Assembly (NCBI GenBank): GCA_964590885.1
Contig: CAZPWW010000014.1
Location: 23,400-55,399 of the forward strand
From: an uncultured Phycisphaeraceae bacterium
Lineage (GTDB): Bacteria; Planctomycetota; Phycisphaerae; Phycisphaerales; UBA1924
DNA length: 32,000 bases
Direction: 5' to 3'
The position numbers and the translations under genes were made by a program. Below, one piece after another: positions 8,723-15,808 of the stretch; within the stretch, counting starts at the first letter, position 1; every line of letters starts with the position of its first letter. The notes under the pieces are model-generated. The model saw only the letters and a program-made list of their open reading frames with translations, searched no databases and was not told the origin of the DNA.

Positions 8723-8971
8723 TCAGTTGTTCCGGCTGGAGCAGGCCCCGGCACCCTTCCCGCACGGGCAGCAACCGCCGCCCCCTCCGCCCCCCCAGGC
8801 CCCGGCGCCGGCCGCTGCGCCGGCTGAGCCCTTGGCGGCGAAGGCTGAAAGACGGCGCGTAAAGGTACGTCCCTTGCCGTCGGGGTCGGGCACGGGCTTG
8901 TCCGCGTCAGCCATCGGGCGCAGGAGTTCGATGACGGCGCCGTCGGGTGCTTCGTATTCGTAGATCGGCAT
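8723..8971 (-). CDS. FmdB-family-like small protein with the zinc-ribbon cysteines lost and a Gly-run/Cys-rich tail
   Basis: 82 aa. The MPIYEYEAPDGAVIELLRPM....PDPDGKGRTFTRRLS region aligns position-for-position with the canonical paralog at 23205 (MPTYEYRCKACKHEFELFQSM....CPSCGKKRVERLI). All four ribbon Cys are replaced. The tail is AWGGGGGGGCCPCGKGAGACSSRNN. Codon third positions are consistent with coding. Confidence 0.6.
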   Translation of the reverse strand: MPIYEYEAPDGAVIELLRPMADADKPVPDPDGKGRTFTRRLSAFAAKGSAGAAAGAGAWGGGGGGGCCPCGKGAGACSSRNN

Positions 8972-9043
8972 GTGCGAGGGTAGCCGAGGGTGATGCGCCC
9001 GAGCGGGCGGGCGCGATGCCGGCCCCGGGTAGCGGGCAGCGGA

Positions 9044-9541
9044 TCAGGCACCGATGGCCCGGCGGGCCAGCATCTCAAAGGCCTGCTCCACCCCGTCGCC
9101 GCTCTTGGCCGAGCCCTCGTACACGCTCCAGCCGCGGGCCTTCATGGCCTCGATGTCGGCGGCCGTGATCTCCCACTGGGCCTTCAGGTCGGTCTTGTTC
9201 ACCACGGCGATGAAGGGCAGCCCGCCGATCTCGGCCTTCACGCGCTCCTCGATGCCGATGGCGACATCGAGCGTGGCCCGGCGGGTCCCGTCGAGCACGA
9301 GCATGAAGCCCGCAGCGCCCTTGATGTGCACCGTCTGCATCCACTGGAACTCGTCCTCACCCATCTGGTCCCAGATGACGAGGGTGACATCCTGGTCGCC
9401 AACCTTGAGTTGGCGTTTCTTGATCGTGACGCCCACCGTGGTCTGGTACTTGTCGGAGAAGATGCTGGAGACGTAGCGCTGCACCAGGCTGGTCTTGCCC
9501 ACGGCGAAGGCGCCCAGCATGTTCACTTTCTTCTGGATCAT
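9044..9541 (-). CDS. Ras/Rab-like small GTPase (prokaryotic Ras superfamily)
   Basis: 165 aa. G1 is GAFAVGKT. The switch I region is YQTTVGV. G3 is WDQMGEDEF. G4 is NKTD. G5 is SAK. It aligns along its whole length with Rab-type GTPases (compare ..YISTIGVDFK...IWDTAGQERF...NKCD...SAK). Its ATG overlaps the stop of the upstream OmpA-domain gene (ATGA, 9538-9541). Confidence 0.88.
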   Translation of the reverse strand: MIQKKVNMLGAFAVGKTSLVQRYVSSIFSDKYQTTVGVTIKKRQLKVGDQDVTLVIWDQMGEDEFQWMQTVHIKGAAGFMLVLDGTRRATLDVAIGIEERVKAEIGGLPFIAVVNKTDLKAQWEITAADIEAMKARGWSVYEGSAKSGDGVEQAFEMLARRAIGA

Positions 9542-11355
9542 GGTTTGGCCCTCCCGGGATCAAGGAACAGCGGCTGGTCGAAGAACAGCACACGCAGCGA
9601 CACGCGCCGGTTCTGCTCGCGGTCTTTGTCGGTGGCTTCCTTGGCGACCTTGGGCTGGGCGGGGCCCACGCCCACCGCGGCCAGTTCGCGCGTGGCCACA
9701 CCGCGGGCCACCAGCAGGGAGATCACCCGGTCGGCCCGGTCGCGCGAGAGGCGCACGTTGCGCTCCTCCTGCCCGGAGGAATCGGTATGGCCGATGACCT
9801 GGACCTGGAAGTCGATACCCGCGGACCGGGCGGCCTCGGTGAGTCGGAGCACCGCGACGGCCATGTCGCCCACCACCGCCACCTGCGACTCGGCCAGGTC
9901 GCTGGAGGCGAAGGGGAAGCGGGCCGAGAGCGACTCCACGCGGTCGCGCAGCGCGGCAAGTTGCCGCTGGTCCGTGTCGATCAGGCCGCGGTCGTCATAG
10001 GCGCTCACGCCGGGGACGGTCGTCGCGAGCCTGCGGGCGGCGGCGACCCAGGCGTGGTCGGCGGTTCCGGTGGCGGTGAGCGTTGCGCCGTTCAGAGCGA
10101 GCGCAACGCTCCCCTTGGCCGAGGCGGGCCGCAGAGTTTGCACGGCGCGGCGTTCGACCAAGCGGGCATCGAGCGAGAAGTAGGGCTCGAGTTGGGTGGC
10201 GATGCGGGCCCGGTCGCGCTCGGGCTTGGTCTGAAAGAACGACTCCGGCGTGGGGGCCAGAGCATCTCGCAAGCCGATCACGAGCGGGCGGCCGTCGGGG
10301 TCGGTGCCCACGCGGGTGACCACGTACCCGGGCACGCCCTTGCTCCAATCGAGAAACTCGTTCAGCAGGGCCCGCAGCGACCACGCCCGCACGGCCCACC
10401 ACGCCAGCAGCGGCAGCAGAATCAGCAGGGCGAGCCAGAAGAAGGGGAAGGAGCGCTTGCGGGGTGCACGCTGCGTCTCTTCACGCAGGCAGGCTTCAAG
10501 GATGGGCCGCGTGGTGATGAACGGCGCGGCGTCGCCCTGAAACTCGGCGAGGTGGGCGGCGTGCTCGGTGCTGATCCGCTCGAAGGCCTCTTGCAGCGTG
10601 GCCCGAAAGGCGTGCGCCGGCGTGCCGCGGATGGCGGCGGCGAGGATGGCGGCGGGGCCCTGCTCGACCCAGCAGTTCAGGTCCCCGATGCGGAAAGAGT
10701 CGAGGCCGGAGCCTTCCTGCACGCCGAACGAGTCTTTGGCGAAGTCGCGGATGGCCGTGAGCATGCCGCTCACCATGTCGGCGTCCTGGGCCTGAATGTG
10801 GTCGGCCGCCACGTGCTGCAGCACCAGGCCTGCTTCACGATGGACGAGGAAGACCTGCTCCACCCGGTACACCAGCGAGCGCTTGAGACGCACGGCACCG
10901 AAACTCTGCCCGCTGCGCCACGACTCGATCAGGCAACTCAGGCCCTCGCGCGAGAAGGGGCTGGCGAGCGTCTCGTTGAAGCGCTGCACGAAGCCCTGCA
11001 GCGCATCGCTGATGCTCTTGCGGATCGCAGGGCCCATCACGGGGCTGATGGCATCCACCAGCGGCTTCGGATTCTTCTGCACGCTGGTGCGGATGCTCGA
11101 CTCGATGGTGGGGGCCAGGGCCCGCGCGATGCGGTCGTCTTTGCTCGTGCGCAGGGTGATCGCGTCGGGCAGCGTCGCGGCCACGTTCTGCACGTGCCAT
11201 GCCGTGTCGGCGAGTTTCTTGTCCAGCGTGTTGAGGCGGGCGGTTTCGGGCCCCACCAGCACGGTGCGGACGGCCGCGAGGTCCGCCGCGTGGTCGCGCG
11301 CCGGTTCCGGGGTGTCGGGGTCGAGTGAGCCGGGGTGGGGAGCGGGTCTGTCCAT
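9538..11355 (-). CDS. bitopic membrane protein: cytoplasmic Roadblock/LC7-like region, one TM helix, periplasmic BON-like segments and a C-terminal OmpA/MotB peptidoglycan-binding domain
   Basis: The track ORF is 9538..12477 (979 aa). It was trimmed to the in-frame ATG at 11355 (MDRPAPHPGS...), because the upstream part overlaps the convincing GAF-PP2C gene on the other strand. 605 aa. The TM helix is RKRSFPFFWLALLILLPLLAWWAVRAW (aa ~300-325). The OmpA motif is VIGHTDSSGQEERNVRLSRDRADRVISLLVARGV...NRRVSLRV. Confidence 0.8.
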   Translation of the reverse strand: MDRPAPHPGSLDPDTPEPARDHAADLAAVRTVLVGPETARLNTLDKKLADTAWHVQNVAATLPDAITLRTSKDDRIARALAPTIESSIRTSVQKNPKPLVDAISPVMGPAIRKSISDALQGFVQRFNETLASPFSREGLSCLIESWRSGQSFGAVRLKRSLVYRVEQVFLVHREAGLVLQHVAADHIQAQDADMVSGMLTAIRDFAKDSFGVQEGSGLDSFRIGDLNCWVEQGPAAILAAAIRGTPAHAFRATLQEAFERISTEHAAHLAEFQGDAAPFITTRPILEACLREETQRAPRKRSFPFFWLALLILLPLLAWWAVRAWSLRALLNEFLDWSKGVPGYVVTRVGTDPDGRPLVIGLRDALAPTPESFFQTKPERDRARIATQLEPYFSLDARLVERRAVQTLRPASAKGSVALALNGATLTATGTADHAWVAAARRLATTVPGVSAYDDRGLIDTDQRQLAALRDRVESLSARFPFASSDLAESQVAVVGDMAVAVLRLTEAARSAGIDFQVQVIGHTDSSGQEERNVRLSRDRADRVISLLVARGVATRELAAVGVGPAQPKVAKEATDKDREQNRRVSLRVLFFDQPLFLDPGRAKP

Positions 11356-11376
11356 GCCGTAGGCGGAGTGTAAGGG

Positions 11377-12780
11377 ATGGGGCCAGCCCGCTGTGCGCGC
11401 GGCCCGCCTGTGTGTATGCTGGCGCGGATGGCCGACCCCACTCCGCTCCCGTCGCCTCCGGACCCCGTGAACGCCCCGGCGAGCACGTTGGTTGACCCCG
11501 CCGCGCTGCTGCGGGTGCTGGCGGTGCTGGAGAAGTTGAACGCGAGCAACGACCTGCGGGTGGTGCTGGGGTTGATCATCGATTCGATGCGCGACTGCCT
11601 GCACGCGGAGCGGGCCAGCGTGTTTCAGTTCGACCCCAAGAGCCAGGAGTTGTTCATCACCACGGCCCACGGCGCGACGAACATCCGGTTCCCGATCACG
11701 CGCGGCATCGCGGGCGAGGCGGGCCGCACACGTCAGATCATCAACGTCAAGGACGCCTGGGAGGACCCGCGCTTCAACCCGGAGTTTGACAAGAAGAGCG
11801 GGTTCCGCACGCGGGGCATGCTGACCATTCCGCTGATTTCGGCGGATGGCACACTCGAGGGGGTGGCCCAGGCATTGAACAAGAACCCCCAACTCGGCGC
11901 GCACTTTGACGCCAGCGACGAGGTGCTGGCCAAGGCCCTGGCAAGCCAGGCAGCGATTGCGCTGCGGCGGGCCACGCTGATCGAGGCCGAGATCCGCAAG
12001 AAGAAGATCGAGGGCGACCTGGCCCTCGCCAAGACGATTCAGAGCGCGGCCCTGCCCAAGAGCATCCCTGAGGTGCCGGGCTACTCGCTGGCGGCACAGA
12101 CCATCCCTGCCGAGGAGACGGGGGGCGACACGTTTGACCTGATCAACCTCGCCGACCTGCCCGCGGTGCCGGCCGATGCGGGGCAGGCGCGGGCCATGAA
12201 GAACGGCCTTGTGTTCATGCTGGCCGATGCCACCGGCCACGGCATCGGCCCGGCGATCAGCGTGACGCAGGCCCGCAGCATGTTGCGGATGGGGGCCCGA
12301 TTGGGCGGAGATTTGAGCCGCGTGGTGGCCCACCTGAACGCCCAGTTGTGCGAAGACCTGCCCGCGGGCCGGTTCATCACCGCGTTCATCGGCGTGCTCG
12401 ACTCGCAGGCCCACACCGTCACCTACGAGGCGCCAGGCCAGGCGCCGCTGCTGATCGTGCGGGCCGACGGCAAGCACGAGGAGTACGACGCCAACGCCAT
12501 GCCCATGGGCATCGACGCGGAGATGCAGCCGGATGCCGTGAAGCCCTTCGCGCTCGGGCCGGGCGACGTGTTCGTGCTCGCCAGCGACGGCTACATCGAG
12601 GCCATGGACCCCGACAACGGCCAGTTCGGCACCGAGGCGACGGTGAACGCCGTGCGCGAGAAACTCGCGGGCACCGCAGGCGAGATGCTGGCCAACCTGA
12701 ACCGGCGCGTGGGCGAATTTGCGCGTGGCCGACCCTTCGGCGACGATCAGACGGCGATCATCATCAAGCGAAACCCGTAA
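11377..12780 (+). CDS. GAF domain-containing PP2C-type (SpoIIE/RsbU family) serine phosphatase
   Basis: The N-terminal GAF domain is LEKLNASNDLRVVLGLIIDSMRDCLHAERASVFQFD...RGIAGEAGRTRQIINVKDAWEDPRFNPEFDKKSGFRTRGMLTIPL. The SpoIIE/PP2C core is AKTIQSAALP...GGDTFDLI...FMLADATGHGIGPAISV...FITAFIGVLD...VFVLASDGYIEA...FGDDQTAIIIKR. The start is uncertain, with in-frame ATGs at 11377, 11416 and 11428. Confidence 0.88.
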   Translation: MGPARCARGPPVCMLARMADPTPLPSPPDPVNAPASTLVDPAALLRVLAVLEKLNASNDLRVVLGLIIDSMRDCLHAERASVFQFDPKSQELFITTAHGATNIRFPITRGIAGEAGRTRQIINVKDAWEDPRFNPEFDKKSGFRTRGMLTIPLISADGTLEGVAQALNKNPQLGAHFDASDEVLAKALASQAAIALRRATLIEAEIRKKKIEGDLALAKTIQSAALPKSIPEVPGYSLAAQTIPAEETGGDTFDLINLADLPAVPADAGQARAMKNGLVFMLADATGHGIGPAISVTQARSMLRMGARLGGDLSRVVAHLNAQLCEDLPAGRFITAFIGVLDSQAHTVTYEAPGQAPLLIVRADGKHEEYDANAMPMGIDAEMQPDAVKPFALGPGDVFVLASDGYIEAMDPDNGQFGTEATVNAVREKLAGTAGEMLANLNRRVGEFARGRPFGDDQTAIIIKRNP

Positions 12781-12828
12781 GCTCGTGCCGGGTTCGCCCC
12801 GCCCGCACGACGCGCGCCGTCCGCTCGC

Positions 12829-14049
12829 TCAGCGAGCCCCGCCCTTGGCCTTGAGCGCCCGGATCCGCTCGCCCAGCGAGAGCAACTTGATGAACCCGCC
12901 CGCGTCCTTCTGGCTGTAGATCTCCTCCCCCTCGAAGGAGACCATCTTCTCGGCGTACAACGAGTGAGGGCTGGTGCGCTGGATGGCCGTAGCCACGCCC
13001 TTGTAGAGGCGCACGGTGATCTCGCCGGTGAGCGGGCGGGCGATCGACTCGGCCGCGGCCCACAGGGCCTCGCGCAGGGGTGTGAACCAGCGGCCGTCGT
13101 AAACCAGTTCGGCAAACAGCAGGCCCAGATGCTCGCGGTAGTGGCGGGTCTCGCGGTCAAGGACGAGTTCTTCCAGCGCCCGCAGGGCCTCGACGATCAC
13201 GGTGCCGCCGGGTGTTTCGTAGAGGCCGCGGGACTTCATGCCTACGCGCCGGTTCTCGACCAGATCCACCCGCCCCACGCCGTGGGCGCCCGCGATCCCA
13301 TTCAGTTGCAGGATCAGTTCGTGCCCCGGTAGGGCCTTCCCGTTCAGCGTCCGGGGCCGGCCCTTCTCGAAGCCCACCCGCACGGTCTCGGCCTTGTCCG
13401 CAGCCTTGGCCGGATCGGTGGTCAGCATCCACGCATCATCGGGCGGGGCGTTGGCCGGGTCTTCGATCGTGCCGCCCTCGTGCGAGATGTGCCAGAGGTT
13501 CCGGTCGCGCGAGTAGATCTTGGTCGCGCTGGCCGACGTGGGAATGTCCCGCTGCTTCAGGTAATCAAGCATCGCCAGCCGGCCCGAGAGTTTCCAGTTG
13601 TCCATCCGCCACGGCGCGATGATCTCCAGTTCCGGGGCCAGCGCGGCGTATGCGCTCTCGAAGCGCACCTGGTCGTTGCCCTTGCCCGTGCAGCCGTGGG
13701 CCAGGGCCGTGCAGCCGGTCTTGAGGGCCACCTCCACCTGCCCGCGGGCCAGCACGGGGCGGGCCATGGCCGTGCCCAGCAAGTAACGTCCCTCGTACAT
13801 GGCCCCGGCGATGATCGTGGGGAAGACAAACTCCTCGGCGAAGGCGTGCTTCAGGTCCACCACGTGGCACGATGCCGCGCCCGAGTCTTTGGCCTTCTTC
13901 TCGACGCCCGTGAGTTCGTCGACACCCTGGCCGACGTCGCCCACAACGCACACGACCTCGCAGTGCAGGTTCTCGCGCAGCCAGGGCACGATGCACGACG
14001 TGTCGAGTCCTCCTGAGTAGGCGAGCGCGACTTTCTTGGTTGTGGGCAT
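12829..14049 (-). CDS. argG: argininosuccinate synthase
   Basis: The track ORF 12829..14493 was trimmed to the ATG at 14049. MPTTKKVALAYSGGLDTSCIVPWL carries the AYSGGLDTS ATP-binding signature. Other blocks are ...ALAHGCTGKGNDQVRFE... and ...SRDRNLWHISHEGG. 406 aa, the typical length. Confidence 0.95.
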   Translation of the reverse strand: MPTTKKVALAYSGGLDTSCIVPWLRENLHCEVVCVVGDVGQGVDELTGVEKKAKDSGAASCHVVDLKHAFAEEFVFPTIIAGAMYEGRYLLGTAMARPVLARGQVEVALKTGCTALAHGCTGKGNDQVRFESAYAALAPELEIIAPWRMDNWKLSGRLAMLDYLKQRDIPTSASATKIYSRDRNLWHISHEGGTIEDPANAPPDDAWMLTTDPAKAADKAETVRVGFEKGRPRTLNGKALPGHELILQLNGIAGAHGVGRVDLVENRRVGMKSRGLYETPGGTVIVEALRALEELVLDRETRHYREHLGLLFAELVYDGRWFTPLREALWAAAESIARPLTGEITVRLYKGVATAIQRTSPHSLYAEKMVSFEGEEIYSQKDAGGFIKLLSLGERIRALKAKGGAR

Positions 14050-14155
14050 GGGGCTCGGTCCTTTGCGGCGGAGCGGACTCGGTCGAACGGTGGGCGGGCG
14101 GAGAGCGTGCCGGCGCGGCCCGGCCCGGCATGGTTGGTCGGCCGAGGTCTGTGTT

Positions 14156-15217
14156 CTACACGGCGCGGCGTGCGCCCGCACCGGGCGGAGGGGCCGGGGT
14201 TCGGGCCGCTGGCGAGGCGGCGGGGGTCGGCTGGAGGCAGCCGGTGTCGGTGGGGCGGGCGCCCTGGGCAGCCCGGGCCGCCACGGTGTGCACAAGCAGT
14301 GCGTTCTGCGCGTGCAGGCGGTTCTCAGCCTGCTCGTACACGAGCGAGGCCGATGAGTCGATGACCTCGTCGGCCACCTCTTCGCCGCGGTGGGCGGGCA
14401 GGCAGTGCATGAAGACCGCATCGGGCGCTGCCCGGGCCATGAGGGCGGCATCCACGCGATAGGGTACGAAGGCACGCTCTCGGGCCTCGGCATCGTCCTT
14501 CTGGTGCATGGAGACCCACGTGTCGGTGTAGACGGCGCGGCAGCCGGCCACGTCGGCCGGTTCGTGTGAGAGCGTGAGGGAGCCCCCGCTGTCCTCGGCG
14601 AAGCCCGCGGCGATGCGGGCCTGGGCCGCGTCGGGTCTGTACCCCTTGGGGGTGATCACACGCACGTGAGCCCCTGCGCGGCAAGCGACGTGCATAAGCG
14701 AAACGCAGACGTTGTTGCCGTCGCCCACATAGGCGATGGGCAGGCCGGCGACACCGCCGAAGTGCTCGACCAGCGTGAGCACGTCGGCCAGTGCTTGACA
14801 GGGGTGGTGGGCATCGGAGAGTGCGTTGATCACCGGCACGCGGGCGTGCTCGGCGAGCGCTTCAATGGTCCGCTGGCTGTAGGTGCGGCAGACGATGCCG
14901 TGCACCCAGCGTTCGAGGTTGCGGGCGTAGTCCTTGATCGATTCGCGCTGGCCGATGCGTTCGGCAGAGTGGTCGTAGTAGATGGCCTGGCCGCCCAGAC
15001 GGTGAACGCCCACCTCAAAGGTGAGGCGCGTGCGCAGGGAGGGCTTCTCGAAGAGCAGAACCACCGACAGGCCGCGCAGCGTATCGGCGTACGCGCCGGG
15101 GTTGGCCTTCACATCGGCGGCCGTGCGCAGCAGCGTGGCCACGTCGCCCCCGGTGGGGGTGGCGGCCGAGACCAGGTCTTTGACGGTGAGCGGGCCCGGG
15201 GGGGCGGGGAAGATCAT
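14156..15217 (-). CDS. argF: ornithine carbamoyltransferase-family transcarbamylase (motif variants, C-terminal low-complexity extension)
   Basis: The track ORF was trimmed to the ATG at 15217 (MIFPAPPGPLTVKDL). Motifs present are FEKPSLRTRLTFE (canonical STRTR), HPCQALADVLT, DTWVSMHQ (canonical SMG) and HCLPAHRGEEV. It lies between argR and argG. Confidence 0.82.
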   Translation of the reverse strand: MIFPAPPGPLTVKDLVSAATPTGGDVATLLRTAADVKANPGAYADTLRGLSVVLLFEKPSLRTRLTFEVGVHRLGGQAIYYDHSAERIGQRESIKDYARNLERWVHGIVCRTYSQRTIEALAEHARVPVINALSDAHHPCQALADVLTLVEHFGGVAGLPIAYVGDGNNVCVSLMHVACRAGAHVRVITPKGYRPDAAQARIAAGFAEDSGGSLTLSHEPADVAGCRAVYTDTWVSMHQKDDAEARERAFVPYRVDAALMARAAPDAVFMHCLPAHRGEEVADEVIDSSASLVYEQAENRLHAQNALLVHTVAARAAQGARPTDTGCLQPTPAASPAARTPAPPPGAGARRAV

Positions 15218-15321
15218 GGTGGGTTCCGGTGCGGGAGCGGGCAGTGAGTGCGGGGGTGTGTCAGCGAGCGTGCACAGGCCGGGCGCGCCGATGGCCGCCC
15301 CGGGCAAAGGCGACGTGCGGC

Positions 15322-15774
15322 TCAGGGGCGCTGCACGAGTTGGCGGCACAGGCGCACCAACGAGCGGGCCCGCGCGGGGGAGTTCACGGCCACGAAGATC
15401 GTGTCGTCGCCCGCGATCGTGCCCGTCACCCCGGTGATGCCGGAGCGATCGAACTCGCTGGCGAGCGGAGAGGCGTGGCCAGGGCGGGTACGGAAGACCA
15501 CCAGGCTGCCCGCCGCGGCGGCCGAGAGCATGTAGAGTTTCACGGCCATCTCGATCTGCGCGTTCCCCGTGCCCAGGTCGCCGCCGCCCTGATTCAGCAC
15601 GTAGCCCGAGGGTCCCTTGAAGACGCTGAGGTCTCGCAGGTCGCGCGAGAGCGTGGCCTGCGTCACGGCCACTCCCCGGGCTTCGAGCAGCGCGGCCAGA
15701 CGTTCCTGATTTGGCACGGTCTGCTGCTGCAGCACATCGAGGATCAGTTGGCGGCGGCGGGCCTTCGCGCTCAT
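15322..15774 (-). CDS. argR: arginine repressor ArgR
   Basis: MSAKARRRQLILDVLQQQTVPNQERLAALLEARGVAVTQATLSRDLRDLSVFKGP is the winged-helix N-domain (compare AhrC ...VTQATVSRDIKEL). The C-terminal oligomerisation domain is ...GTIAGDDTIFVAV. The start was set at the second ATG (15774) by alignment logic. Confidence 0.88.
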   Translation of the reverse strand: MSAKARRRQLILDVLQQQTVPNQERLAALLEARGVAVTQATLSRDLRDLSVFKGPSGYVLNQGGGDLGTGNAQIEMAVKLYMLSAAAAGSLVVFRTRPGHASPLASEFDRSGITGVTGTIAGDDTIFVAVNSPARARSLVRLCRQLVQRP

Positions 15775-15779
15775 GTATA

Positions 15780-15808
15780 AGTATGCACACTCGGAATACA
15801 CACGTCAA
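15780..15808 (-). promoter_or_regulatory. putative sigma-70-type promoter of argR-argF-argG (leaderless) with an overlapping ARG-box-like palindrome
   Basis: The minus strand reads TTGACG-N17-CATACT, then 5 nt, then the ATG. This places the transcription start at or next to the start codon. The AT-rich imperfect palindrome TGTATA-AG-TATGCA (15774-15787) overlaps the -10 element and the ATG. It is one of the few AT-rich islands in the window. Confidence 0.4.

Noticed and set aside
8723-8840. The Gly/Ala/Cys/Ser-rich C-terminal half of the 82-aa peptide looks superficially like a microcin B17/TOMM-type RiPP core.
   Set aside because: The window contains no cyclodehydratase, dehydrogenase, protease or export genes. 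The N-terminal half aligns with FmdB-family proteins, and my recollection is that these often carry Gly/Cys-rich tails. The RiPP reading is therefore unsupported.
11356-12477. The N-terminal 374 aa of track ORF 9538..12477. This would make the OmpA-domain protein 979 aa long.
   Set aside because: This part lies antisense to the GAF-PP2C gene, whose product has clear domain motifs. The extension is Arg/His/Gly-rich noise. The in-frame ATG at 11355 gives a coherent 605-aa protein.
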